The notes beneath the pieces were generated by a model. That model was not told where the DNA came from and made no database searches. It was given only the letters and a program-made list of their open reading frames with translations. Below are positions 29,863 to 39,508 of a stretch of DNA of 64,000 nt, piece after piece. Each line of letters begins with the position of its first letter. The stretch's first letter is position 1. The translations under genes were made by a program, and so were the position numbers. Source of the stretch: Flavobacteriales bacterium (GTDB lineage: Bacteria > Bacteroidota > Bacteroidia > Palsa-965). The DNA is taken from contig JBEIPA010000015.1 of assembly GCA_040377305.1 (NCBI GenBank), positions 1-64,000 of the forward strand, read 5' to 3'.

Positions 29863-30351
29863 ATGCTCACATACAACGATATGCCACCTCATTCCCGCGT
29901 TTGGATTTACCAGTCTGATCGTGAAATCAAGGATATTGAGGTGAATGAAATCAGACGCAAGGCTGGAATGTTTCTGATGGAGTGGACTTCCCACGGGAAT
30001 GTGATGAAAGCCAGCATTGACGTCCTGTACAATCGCTTCTTTGTTGTTTGCGTGGACGAAACAGCGGCGAGTGCGAGCGGATGCGGAATCGACAAGTCGG
30101 TGAAGTTTATGCAGCAAATGGAGCAGGATTATTCGATCAATTTGTTTGATCGCATGCTGGTGCTTTATCGCGATGCGGAGACGAAAATTCAGCAGACGAA
30201 ACTCTACACCTTCGAGCAGATGATGGAAAAAGGTGAGTTGAATGCAGATACAGTTGTGTTCAATAACCTCATCAGCACGAAAGAAGAGATGCAGTCCAAA
30301 TGGGAAGTACCGGTGAAGAAAAGCTGGCACTCGCGAATGATCCCGGCATGA
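29863..30351 (+). CDS. Conserved Bacteroidota protein (often labelled ABC transporter ATPase; no Walker motif seen)
   Basis: SRVWIYQS.R, W.SHG, ASGC.ID.SV, LFDR, VFNN, SWH; ATG 3 nt after TACCTTTG. Confidence 0.85.
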   Translation: MLTYNDMPPHSRVWIYQSDREIKDIEVNEIRRKAGMFLMEWTSHGNVMKASIDVLYNRFFVVCVDETAASASGCGIDKSVKFMQQMEQDYSINLFDRMLVLYRDAETKIQQTKLYTFEQMMEKGELNADTVVFNNLISTKEEMQSKWEVPVKKSWHSRMIPA

Positions 30352-30854
30352 GCAAAAACAAAAAAAGAATTTTACTCTGGGCGTTATTCCTTTTCGGAAT
30401 AGCGCTTTTGTTTTTACCCGTGCGGGTTGATCACGTGTCACAGATTATTTCCGGTGGACCGGATGCACTCATTCTCACCGATGCGGTTGGAGATTATTAC
30501 TGCTCAGTCTTCATCGGATTCAACGGCCATCCAATCGGAATCGCATTAATCCTTTTGTTTGCAATGGGACCATTCGGAATAGTAGCACAATCATTTTCCA
30601 TCACGCGTCCCTTTGGTTTTATGGCGAGCACAGTATTGCGATTGCAGGCACTCCTGTTGTTTATAGGCGGACCATATGTGTGGTACATGATTACATACGA
30701 GCACGGCTATTTCTCCAACACCATTCACGATACATATCCTGCGTGGGGAGGATGGCTGCTGATGACTTACGTCGTTGTTAGCGGAGTCATATTGTACTGG
30801 ATTGTGGCGGCTCCACAGAGCAAACTTGCACAGTTATTTCCGGAGGGAAAGTAA
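30348..30854 (+). CDS. Hypothetical four-TM membrane protein
   Basis: ATGA overlap at 30348; four hydrophobic segments. Confidence 0.7.
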   Translation: MSKNKKRILLWALFLFGIALLFLPVRVDHVSQIISGGPDALILTDAVGDYYCSVFIGFNGHPIGIALILLFAMGPFGIVAQSFSITRPFGFMASTVLRLQALLLFIGGPYVWYMITYEHGYFSNTIHDTYPAWGGWLLMTYVVVSGVILYWIVAAPQSKLAQLFPEGK

Positions 30855-30871
30855 CTCCGAAGAGAAACTTA

Positions 30872-32470
30872 TCACTTCAGCAAATCCTTCACACTTGCCG
30901 GACGTTCTGATCCACGCCACTGAAAATCTTTGAGCAAAGCTTCAGAGGGAGAAAGTTCATTCGCCGGATAAAGCTGAGCATCCGGTTGATTGTAGAAGCT
31001 GATCGACTGTACTTCATTCTCATTAAGCCAGATCATGAGTTTGCTGCAGTCTGCGCGATTAATTCCGATCAGATCAAGTTCCGACTTCGCATAGTATAAA
31101 GTCTGCCCATTGCCTTCCACAAATATTTTACGCAACTCATTGTTCGCGAAATAACCGGTCATTTTTTTGCCCTTGATCTGGTTGTATCGGATCGTATCTT
31201 CTTCAGAAATAATGAAACAATCAACGTCCATGTCGAGACGAAGAATTTTTCCTTCCGCAAGAATGATGTCTATGTTCTTCGCAGTCAATTGACTTTCGTC
31301 TGACCAGATTACGGGAGCACCAAACATTCTCATCGTAGAATCCTGTGAAGTCCACACAAGAGAATCGCATCGGCCTTGCATGTCGGATTTGAAAAACGAA
31401 ACGTCGTGATAACCCAAAACGGTTTTCTCCTCGAGACTATCCGCGTAAATTGTTTTGCCGCCTTCGTCTTTGGGACGCGTGGTGATGGACTTCAGCGTAT
31501 CTGCATGCATAAACAGTGAATCGTTGTCGAACTCCTGAATCAGTAATGCATGTCCGGTGATGAATGACGTTTCTGTTTTCTCGTAGTGAATGGCGTAGTC
31601 ACCGTGAATCGTAACTTTCTGAGAGGTGTCCTGTATTTCAACATGCTCAAAAGCTTTCCCGATTCCATTCTTGCGATCGTACCAGATGCTGTCGCCACGC
31701 AAAGTCTGATTGTTCGTTACGATGTAAGCGTTCTTTTCGAATTGCGCAATGTCGTTGTACGTATCATAAAATCCATTTTCGCAGTAAATGAAATTCTGAT
31801 TGCTGGTTGCTTTGATCGTCGTAGGTCCTAGGAAGTAGGCAACTTTTGGTCCGGGCGTATAACGCAACGTATCACAACGCACTTCATACTGCGGATTTTT
31901 CAGCACCACATTATTCTTAAACGTCAACGTCTTCGCATCGGACGAGTAACCACCATTCTGACTCGTAAGAATGTTGTCTTTGTTAACGATTCGCCCTCCG
32001 GTGTTGTAGTACGCAAAACGATTCGCGAGGTCGTACGTAATCGCATCACAGGTCAAGGTCATGTCGTCTTCTACCAGTCGCACATTCTTTTTTGCAACTG
32101 CAATGCGTGTATTTCCATCGTACGTGAGAAAATCGCTCCACATACGGAGAGAATCACCTTGCTGAATAAAAACGTGTCCGTAGGCGTCGAGTTTATTTTC
32201 AGCACCGAAGAAATGTGCACTGTCGCAATTCATGAGCATGCCCTGATGCTCGAACCGAACGGAACCGATCAGGCGTTGATAGCCTTTGTTCTTGTCGCCT
32301 ATCAATCGATCAGCACCTTTGAGATTGATTTTTGTTTGCGCGAATGTGAATCCTGAAAACAGGACAAACAAAACAAGAAGTACAGAGCGTTTCACAGTGT
32401 TATACTGTTCAATTTTTACGCCATGTATTTGGTTCCACACATCAAGGGTGTTAAAGAATTTAAACCGCAA
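30872..32470 (-). CDS. OstA/LptA-like beta-jellyroll protein
   Basis: CDSA, AYGHV.I.QGDS, QG.CDSL, NQIKG repeats; start may be GTG at 32395. Confidence 0.85.
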   Translation of the reverse strand: MRFKFFNTLDVWNQIHGVKIEQYNTVKRSVLLVLFVLFSGFTFAQTKINLKGADRLIGDKNKGYQRLIGSVRFEHQGMLMNCDSAHFFGAENKLDAYGHVFIQQGDSLRMWSDFLTYDGNTRIAVAKKNVRLVEDDMTLTCDAITYDLANRFAYYNTGGRIVNKDNILTSQNGGYSSDAKTLTFKNNVVLKNPQYEVRCDTLRYTPGPKVAYFLGPTTIKATSNQNFIYCENGFYDTYNDIAQFEKNAYIVTNNQTLRGDSIWYDRKNGIGKAFEHVEIQDTSQKVTIHGDYAIHYEKTETSFITGHALLIQEFDNDSLFMHADTLKSITTRPKDEGGKTIYADSLEEKTVLGYHDVSFFKSDMQGRCDSLVWTSQDSTMRMFGAPVIWSDESQLTAKNIDIILAEGKILRLDMDVDCFIISEEDTIRYNQIKGKKMTGYFANNELRKIFVEGNGQTLYYAKSELDLIGINRADCSKLMIWLNENEVQSISFYNQPDAQLYPANELSPSEALLKDFQWRGSERPASVKDLLK

Positions 32471-33740
32471 CGGGTTTGCGCATCAAAGTCTGTGTACGAT
32501 CTGGTCCAACAGAAATTACCGATACAGGCACACCGATGAATTTCTCGATGAATTCAACGTATCCGTGCAGTTCCGATGGAAGCTGCTCCAACTGGTTCAA
32601 TCCGGTGAGATCCTGTTGCCAGCCTTTGAGTTCGGTGTAAACCGGGGTCAATAGCTCGGGAGAATAATCGAAAGGCAGGTGATCAATCTGTTTGCCGAGA
32701 TAATTGTAAGCTGTGCAAATCTGGATGGTATCGAGTCCGCTGAGAATATCTGCTTTCATCATGAGCAACTCGGTAACGCCGTTGATCATCACCGCATATT
32801 TCAATGCAGGAAGATCGAGCCAGCCGGTACGACGTGGACGTTTTGTAACCGAACCATATTCGTTCCCGCGATCGCGAATGCCTTGTCCAACTTCATCGAA
32901 CAACTCGGAAGGGAAGGGGCCGCTTCCAACACGCGTGCAGTATGCTTTGAAAATTCCGAACACATTTCCGATTCTGTTCGGAGCAATACCTAAACCAGTG
33001 CAAACTCCCGCACAAATGGTATTCGAAGAAGTCACGAACGGATACGAACCGAAATCAATATCGAGCAATGAACCTTGCGCGCCTTCAGCAAGAATAGATT
33101 TCCCGGCCTGCATCGCATCGTTGATGTAATGCTCACTATCGATTTGTTTGAACTCCATAAGGCGCTCAATCGCTTCAAACCATTCCGGCTCCATAGAAGC
33201 CAAATCATAGGTGAAGTTGTGGTGGCTAAGCAGCTGTTTGTGCTTCTCAACCAACGCCTGATATTTCTCTTTGAAATTGGGCAACAACACATCACCCATG
33301 CGAATTCCATTACGACCGGTTTTGTCCATGTACGTTGGACCAATTCCTTTAAGCGTAGAACCGATTTTCTCATTACCCTTCGATGCTTCAGAAGCTGCGT
33401 CGAGTAAACGATGCGTTGGCAAAATCAAATGCGCCTTTTTTGCGAAGAGCAATTTCGCTTTCACATTAACACCCATTTTCACGAGCGCATCAATTTCACC
33501 CATCACAACAACAGGATCAATGACTACGCCGTTGCCAATGATGTTGATCGAATTTTCCCGGAATATCCCCGATGGAATTGTTCTCAGGACATGTTTGATG
33601 CCATTGAACTCCAAAGTGTGACCGGCATTCGGACCACCCTGAAAACGTGCGATGATATCGTAACGTGGAGTAAACACATCCACAATTTTCCCTTTGCCTT
33701 CATCTCCCCACTGTAATCCTAAAAGAACATCTGCTTTCAT
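32460..33740 (-). CDS. purA: Adenylosuccinate synthetase
   Basis: GLQWGDEGKGK, QGGPNAGHT, EGAQG.LLD.DFG.YPFVTSS, TRVG.GPFP. Confidence 0.98.
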   Translation of the reverse strand: MKADVLLGLQWGDEGKGKIVDVFTPRYDIIARFQGGPNAGHTLEFNGIKHVLRTIPSGIFRENSINIIGNGVVIDPVVVMGEIDALVKMGVNVKAKLLFAKKAHLILPTHRLLDAASEASKGNEKIGSTLKGIGPTYMDKTGRNGIRMGDVLLPNFKEKYQALVEKHKQLLSHHNFTYDLASMEPEWFEAIERLMEFKQIDSEHYINDAMQAGKSILAEGAQGSLLDIDFGSYPFVTSSNTICAGVCTGLGIAPNRIGNVFGIFKAYCTRVGSGPFPSELFDEVGQGIRDRGNEYGSVTKRPRRTGWLDLPALKYAVMINGVTELLMMKADILSGLDTIQICTAYNYLGKQIDHLPFDYSPELLTPVYTELKGWQQDLTGLNQLEQLPSELHGYVEFIEKFIGVPVSVISVGPDRTQTLMRKPVAV

Positions 33741-33787
33741 TCTCTGTGACTTATTACTTAAAAACTTAATGACTTATTGCTTTTCGC

Positions 33788-34156
33788 TTATTGCTTCTTG
33801 TTTTCATTCAATGCTGCACCATACGCAATCAAAGCATCTTCTTCAGTGTCGTGCACCTGAAATATGGTATTCAGTTTCGTGATGATAAATAACTTTTTCA
33901 CCTTCTCGCTAAGTCCGCAGATCAGGCACTCACCACCCGATTTACGCGCTACCGTCAATGCGTGTACAAGAATATTCAGTCCCGTACTGTTCATGACGCG
34001 TAAATCCGAGAGATTGAAAATGATCCACGCATTTCCTTCCGCACACGCTTCATCAATAGCCTGAATCATTTCGCGACACTCATCACGGTCAACAAGCTCA
34101 CCGTAAAGCGAAATCACCAGGGGCGACTTCTGCTTGATGTTGAAAGTAAAGCTCAT
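33788..34156 (-). CDS. STAS domain anti-anti-sigma factor
   Basis: L.GEL, MNSTGL, ARK.GG, LF.ITKL. Confidence 0.9.
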   Translation of the reverse strand: MSFTFNIKQKSPLVISLYGELVDRDECREMIQAIDEACAEGNAWIIFNLSDLRVMNSTGLNILVHALTVARKSGGECLICGLSEKVKKLFIITKLNTIFQVHDTEEDALIAYGAALNENKKQ

Positions 34157-34644
34157 GACTTTCGTTTTAGTTGTTGCTGCATGTGTTCACACTTCCCGGT
34201 TTCGGCGAGCTTGGTGCATCGTCCGAAGAAATTCAGTGCGTGAGAAGTGATGTTGAAATTAAGAAAATCCTCAGTGGTTTTCTTGATTGTCTGGATTCGT
34301 GGGTCACAGAATTCCAAAACATATGAACAATCCTGACAGATGAGGTGATCGTGTTGTTTGTAGGCATAAGCCCTCTCGAACTGCGCCTGATTCTTACCGA
34401 ACTGATGTTTCGTTACCAATCCGCATTCCAGCAGAAGTTCAATGGTATTGTACAACGTTGCACGGCTCACACGATACTTCTTATTCTTCATGTGAACGTA
34501 CAGGGATTCGATGTCGAAATGTCCGCCCTGGATATAGATCTCATCCAGTATCGCGAATCTTTCGGGTGTTTTGCGGTGACCCTTTTTCCCAAGATGTTCG
34601 GAGAAGAGGTTACGTACGGTTTCCCTGATGGTGGTATCGGCCAT
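34153..34644 (-). CDS. fur: Fur family transcriptional regulator
   Basis: [28 protein letters not shown]. Confidence 0.9.
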   Translation of the reverse strand: MADTTIRETVRNLFSEHLGKKGHRKTPERFAILDEIYIQGGHFDIESLYVHMKNKKYRVSRATLYNTIELLLECGLVTKHQFGKNQAQFERAYAYKQHDHLICQDCSYVLEFCDPRIQTIKKTTEDFLNFNITSHALNFFGRCTKLAETGKCEHMQQQLKRKS

Positions 34645-34804
34645 TGAGGTTGTGAAATTACGTAATAGACGGGAGACTGGAGGCGGGAGACGGGAGTAAA
34701 AAGATGAATTAATAACAGTTTTTGCACAATGAAAAACCGTTATTTCACTTTATGAGGTTTCATTGAGAAAACGGCGCTCCCGTCTCCCGTCTGTCGCCTC
34801 CCGA

Positions 34805-37033
34805 CTAATTGGGGTTGATCCGCGTTACCCCAATAACACCATTCACCTTGCGCAGTTTCTTCATCAGCTCCGTTAGGTGAGACGTATCGTGTACAAACAA
34901 CATGATCGTGCCTTCGAAAGTTCCATCCTGCGTATCGAAGCTGAGTGAGCGCATATTTACGTTCAACTCGCTCGAAATGATTTTCGTGATGTTGTTCACG
35001 AGACCTACTTCGTCGATTCCCTGAATGCGAATACCCGCAAGGAAAGAAATAACTTCCTGATTAGTCCAGCGCGCTTTCACGATGCGATAGGCGTAATTCG
35101 ACATCATCTGCACAGCGTTCGGACAATTAACGCGGTGAATTTTTATGCCTTCGTTGATCGTTATGAAACCAAAAACGTCGTCGCCGGCGATTGGATTACA
35201 ACACGGAGAAAGCTTGTATTCGATCTTGCTGAGGTTCTCACCAATGATGAGTGTTTCATCGGCAACCTTGCTGCCACGAACATCTTTTACAACCTGCTCC
35301 AGGGTAGGATCGTTCTTGCCTTTCTTGGTTGGCTTATCTTTTTCCTTCACCCACGCTTTCACGTGCTTGATGGTAATGATGTTTTTTGCAACACGATAAA
35401 ACACTTCCTGCGCACTTGGCAGCTTCAGGAAATTCTGGAAATCGTTGATATTCTGAACGGTGAATTCAAGCTTTGCATTGGAGAATTTACGCTCAAGTAT
35501 TTCACGACCATCGTCAGAAACTTTTCGCTTTTCTTCTTTGAGCGCGTTTTTGATTTTGGATTTCGCACGTGCTGTAATTACATACGAAAGCCAATCTTCT
35601 TTCGGAGTTTGTTTTCCGGATGTAAGAATTTCAACCTGGTCGCCGCTCTTCAGTTGATGACTCAAAGGAACCAGCTTGTGATTCACTTTCGCGCCAATGC
35701 ATTTCTCTCCAACTTTCGTGTGAATCTCAAATGCAAAATCCAACGCAGTAGCTCCAAACGGAAGCGTGCGCATTTCCCCTTTCGGAGTGAATGCAAATAT
35801 TTCCTCCGCGAAAAGATTGAGCTTGAAATCGTCAATGAAATCGAGCGCATCTCCTTCCGGACTGTCGAGCATTTCGCGAATCTTGCGCAACCACTCGTCA
35901 AGCTGAGTCTCTTTCTCTGATTCGCCGTTGTCTTTGTATTTCCAGTGCGCAGCGTAACCTTTCTCCGCCAATTCCTCCATGCGTTCACTGCGAATCTGCA
36001 CTTCCACCCATTTTCCATCCGGACCCATCACCGTGGTGTGAAGAGATTCGTAGCTATTCGCTTTCGGTGTTGAAATCCAATCGCGCAAACGATCCGGATT
36101 CGGGTGATAGAAATCAGTAACGATTGAATACACTCTCCAGCAATCGGCTTTCTCTTTCTCCAGCGGGGTGTCTATAATAATACGAATCGCGAAGATGTCG
36201 TAAATCTCTTCGAACGGAACTCCTTTGTGATTCACTTTATTGTGAATGGAGAAAATCGATTTCGGGCGACCGTACAAACGTGCTTTGAAACCTTGCTCCA
36301 GAAGAATTTCTTTGATCGGAAGAATGAACTTGTTGATGAAACGCTTGCGCTCTGGCTCGGTTTCTTTCAGTTTCAGTTCGATGTCTCTGTACTCAGCAGG
36401 CTCGGTGTATTTCAATCCGAGATCTTCGAGCTCCGTTTTCATCGCGTTCAATCCCAAACGGTGGGCGAGAGGACCATACAGAAACAAGGTCTCGGATGCA
36501 ATCTTCAGTTGCTTATCGCGCTTCATCGATTCGAGCGTCCGCATATTGTGCAAACGATCGGCAAGCTTGATCAGAATTACACGAATATCATCTGAAAGCG
36601 TGAGCAACATCTTTCGAAAGTTCTCCGCCTGAATCGAATTCGTTTTCTGATCGAATACTCCGGCAATTTTGGTGAGGCCGTCAATGATTTTCATCACACG
36701 TTCACCAAACATTCCCTTGATGTCATCGAGACTGATGTCCGTGTCTTCTACGGTATCATGCAAAAGCGCACACACAACCGAAGTAGTACCAAGTCCGATT
36801 TCTTCTGCGCAAATCTGTGCAACGGCAATAGGATGATAGATATACGGCTCACCGGTTTTACGACGCATGTCTTTATGCGCTTCCAGTGCTACGTTAAATG
36901 CTTTACGGATTATCTGTTTGTCACCTTTCTCCAATCGGCGTTTACACGCTTTCAGAAGATTCCGATAGCGTCTCAGGATTTCCTTACGCTCGGCTTCGAG
37001 GTCAATTTCCACAACTTTTTCTTTCTCGCTCAT
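34805..37033 (-). CDS. relA: Bifunctional (p)ppGpp synthetase/hydrolase (RelA/SpoT)
   Basis: GEPYIYHP, HDTVED, KLADRLHNMRTL, YESLHTTV, EVQIR; TGS and ACT domains. Confidence 0.96.
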   Translation of the reverse strand: MSEKEKVVEIDLEAERKEILRRYRNLLKACKRRLEKGDKQIIRKAFNVALEAHKDMRRKTGEPYIYHPIAVAQICAEEIGLGTTSVVCALLHDTVEDTDISLDDIKGMFGERVMKIIDGLTKIAGVFDQKTNSIQAENFRKMLLTLSDDIRVILIKLADRLHNMRTLESMKRDKQLKIASETLFLYGPLAHRLGLNAMKTELEDLGLKYTEPAEYRDIELKLKETEPERKRFINKFILPIKEILLEQGFKARLYGRPKSIFSIHNKVNHKGVPFEEIYDIFAIRIIIDTPLEKEKADCWRVYSIVTDFYHPNPDRLRDWISTPKANSYESLHTTVMGPDGKWVEVQIRSERMEELAEKGYAAHWKYKDNGESEKETQLDEWLRKIREMLDSPEGDALDFIDDFKLNLFAEEIFAFTPKGEMRTLPFGATALDFAFEIHTKVGEKCIGAKVNHKLVPLSHQLKSGDQVEILTSGKQTPKEDWLSYVITARAKSKIKNALKEEKRKVSDDGREILERKFSNAKLEFTVQNINDFQNFLKLPSAQEVFYRVAKNIITIKHVKAWVKEKDKPTKKGKNDPTLEQVVKDVRGSKVADETLIIGENLSKIEYKLSPCCNPIAGDDVFGFITINEGIKIHRVNCPNAVQMMSNYAYRIVKARWTNQEVISFLAGIRIQGIDEVGLVNNITKIISSELNVNMRSLSFDTQDGTFEGTIMLFVHDTSHLTELMKKLRKVNGVIGVTRINPN

Positions 37034-37175
37034 CTAGATTCAAGGCAGGTGCGCCTTCTAAAATCGAGTATGAATTTACGCAACTTTTTGGCAACTTTTC
37101 CATGGTGGGAAAGAGACCGTTTGATGATCGGATTTATAAAAGTTTGCTTTCCGTATCACTAAAACCAGTAAACCT

Positions 37176-38012
37176 TCAGTCGATCTGCACACTCAGCACC
37201 AGATTCTCAAACACCGATTGGTATTTCAGAAATTCGCCTTGCTCCATATTCGGTGCAGTACAGCTAATTACATATACGTTACTTCCGTGAACGATAATCG
37301 CATCGAGAAAACCAAACTTGGCTTCGTTCGAATAGTACATTCCGTATCTGCGGAAGCTTTTACACGAATCTATAGTCAGATAAGATTCATCAACGAGGTC
37401 AACTCTGCCCACCGCGTTGTGCAACATATTCAGCATATCCGCCGCCAACGACTCGACCGTTTGATTGGCTTCGAGATTACCCTTCGAAATGTTGATGTTT
37501 GGATTCATCAGCATCGCTTCTCCATTCACTTCTTTCTCGTACGAAACAAAAGACGCAGCATTGAACGGAGCTACCGTGTCCCAATCAACAGGTTTCACAA
37601 AACTGATTCCCATTTCTTTCATTTCAACCCGTTCAGTTTTGAAATCTGTTGGGTCCAGTGTATACGTAGTAGTTCCCGCATGATGAACTGCTGTTACCAC
37701 ATTTCCATTGGCATCGTAGCGCAACCAGGCACCTGAAGGTTCATTGTTGTACATCTGACCGCGTGCAAGAATTTTTCCATTTGCATCAAGCAAAACGGCT
37801 TCATCAATTTCTTGCCCGGCACGACTCGTGATGATGAGTTTTCCACTGTCCGTCTGTACTTCTCGTGTAGTTGCAACGTTCGAAATGGTATCGACCTTAT
37901 TCGAATCAACTTTCTCGGCAGTCACTGGAGCTGTGTCTTCACCACATGACGCAAACATGGAACCTAGCACTACGCACAAACCGAGAACCGAAAACTTAGA
38001 ACTTAGAACCAT
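37176..38012 (-). CDS. Hypothetical lipoprotein (MORN-like repeat plus PsbP/DcrB-like domain)
   Basis: Lipobox FASC; G.W..YD.NG; ISF..P.DW; ATG 1 nt after the fahA stop. Confidence 0.65.
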   Translation of the reverse strand: MVLSSKFSVLGLCVVLGSMFASCGEDTAPVTAEKVDSNKVDTISNVATTREVQTDSGKLIITSRAGQEIDEAVLLDANGKILARGQMYNNEPSGAWLRYDANGNVVTAVHHAGTTTYTLDPTDFKTERVEMKEMGISFVKPVDWDTVAPFNAASFVSYEKEVNGEAMLMNPNINISKGNLEANQTVESLAADMLNMLHNAVGRVDLVDESYLTIDSCKSFRRYGMYYSNEAKFGFLDAIIVHGSNVYVISCTAPNMEQGEFLKYQSVFENLVLSVQID

Positions 38013-38013
38013 T

Positions 38014-39285
38014 TCATTTCGCTGGTAAAACTGTTGAAGCACATTCTCCGAATCCGATTCGAATTCCATTTCTCTCTGCGTAACCACGAATGATAACGGT
38101 GTCACCATCGTTAATGAACTTGCGTTCTGTTCCGTCGCTCATCTTCACGGGTTTTGTTCCGCGCCAGGTGATTTCCATCATCGATCCGAAAGAACCTTCA
38201 TCAGGTCCGGAGATAGTTCCTGAAGCCAGCATATCGCCAATGTTCATGTTACAACCATTCACGGTGTGATGCGCAAGTTGTTGTTCCATGGTCCAATACA
38301 TGTATTTGTAGTTGGAGCAGCAAACTACGGAATCTTGATTCGCACCTTGCGGACGAATGATTACCTCGAGATTGATGTCAATATTCTTGTCGCCGGAATA
38401 TTCGAGGTAAGAAAGAACTTTTGGTTCCTGCACATATCCTTTCACGCGGAATGGTTCGAGAGCGTCAAGCGTAACAATCCACGGTGAAGCAACGGATGCA
38501 AAATTTTTCGCAAGGAATGGTCCGAGCGGAACGTATTCCCACGCCTGAATGTCGCGTGCTGACCAATCGTTGAACAACACCATTCCGAAAATGTGATCGT
38601 CGGCCTGATCGGGAGTAATGGAGTCGCCCATCGCTGTTGATTTCCCAATGATAAACGCTGTTTCTAATTCGAAGTCGAGCAGTTTTGTAGGACCAAAAGT
38701 CGGCACCTCTGCATCGGCAGGTTTGAGCTGACCTTTCGGACGATGAAATGAAGTACCTGTCACACAAATACTCGACGCGCGACCGTGATATCCCACAGGA
38801 ATGTGTTTCCAGTTCGGAAGCAATGCATTCGCAGGATCACGGAACATCTTGCCCATGTTTGTTGCGTGATCAATACTCGAGTAGAAATCGGTGTAATCAG
38901 GAATGTGAACCGGCAAAAGCATTTCTGCTTCGCTCATTGGAATCAGACAAGCTTTCTTAGCACCATCCTGCGACTGAAGCGTGTTTGTTTTTACGTCGAG
39001 CAATTCCGAAACCCGTTCACGAACAGCACGCCAGTTTTTTTGTCCGGTTGCTATGAATGCGTTCAGCGTCGATCCGCTAAAAACTTTCTTGTCTATGTTG
39101 AGCGCGTCGAGGTAGCCGAATTCAGCCACCGCCGACAAATCGAGAATGTGATTTCCGATAGCAACACCAGCCCGTGGACCTCGGCTTTTTGTACGGAAAA
39201 TGCCAAAAGGCAGGTTTTGTATTGGAAAATCGCTGTTGGCAGGAACTTCTACCCAGGATTTCAGAGATGGATCGTTTGCTCGCAT
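38014..39285 (-). CDS. fahA: Fumarylacetoacetase
   Basis: SDFPIQNLPFG, DYTDFYSS..HA.N.G, YHGRASS, LDFELE, NDWSARDIQ.WEY.PLGPF. Confidence 0.96.
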   Translation of the reverse strand: MRANDPSLKSWVEVPANSDFPIQNLPFGIFRTKSRGPRAGVAIGNHILDLSAVAEFGYLDALNIDKKVFSGSTLNAFIATGQKNWRAVRERVSELLDVKTNTLQSQDGAKKACLIPMSEAEMLLPVHIPDYTDFYSSIDHATNMGKMFRDPANALLPNWKHIPVGYHGRASSICVTGTSFHRPKGQLKPADAEVPTFGPTKLLDFELETAFIIGKSTAMGDSITPDQADDHIFGMVLFNDWSARDIQAWEYVPLGPFLAKNFASVASPWIVTLDALEPFRVKGYVQEPKVLSYLEYSGDKNIDINLEVIIRPQGANQDSVVCCSNYKYMYWTMEQQLAHHTVNGCNMNIGDMLASGTISGPDEGSFGSMMEITWRGTKPVKMSDGTERKFINDGDTVIIRGYAERNGIRIGFGECASTVLPAK

Positions 39286-39508
39286 AATTGACTAAATGAG
39301 GCGCAAAAATAAGGGAATGGGGGATGGGGAACGCGGAATGGGGGAGAAATATCAATCTGTATCACACATCCCTCATTCCCCATGCCTTATCCCTCATTCC
39401 TGAGAGCGTAAGTTCGGGTCAAAAAAGTAGCCAATTGATCACTGAAAATCAGTCCAATCAGGCACCCGTTTTCCCTATATTTGTGGATACTTACGAATAG
39501 GCGAACTC

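Noticed and set aside
35135-35920. 261-aa ORF antisense to relA (similarly 29746-30441, 44242-44943 and other short alternative-frame ORFs)
   Set aside because: They overlap well-supported genes and have no recognisable features
30872-37033. relA-fur-STAS-purA-ostA cluster as a novel system
   Set aside because: Commonly conserved gene order in Bacteroidota
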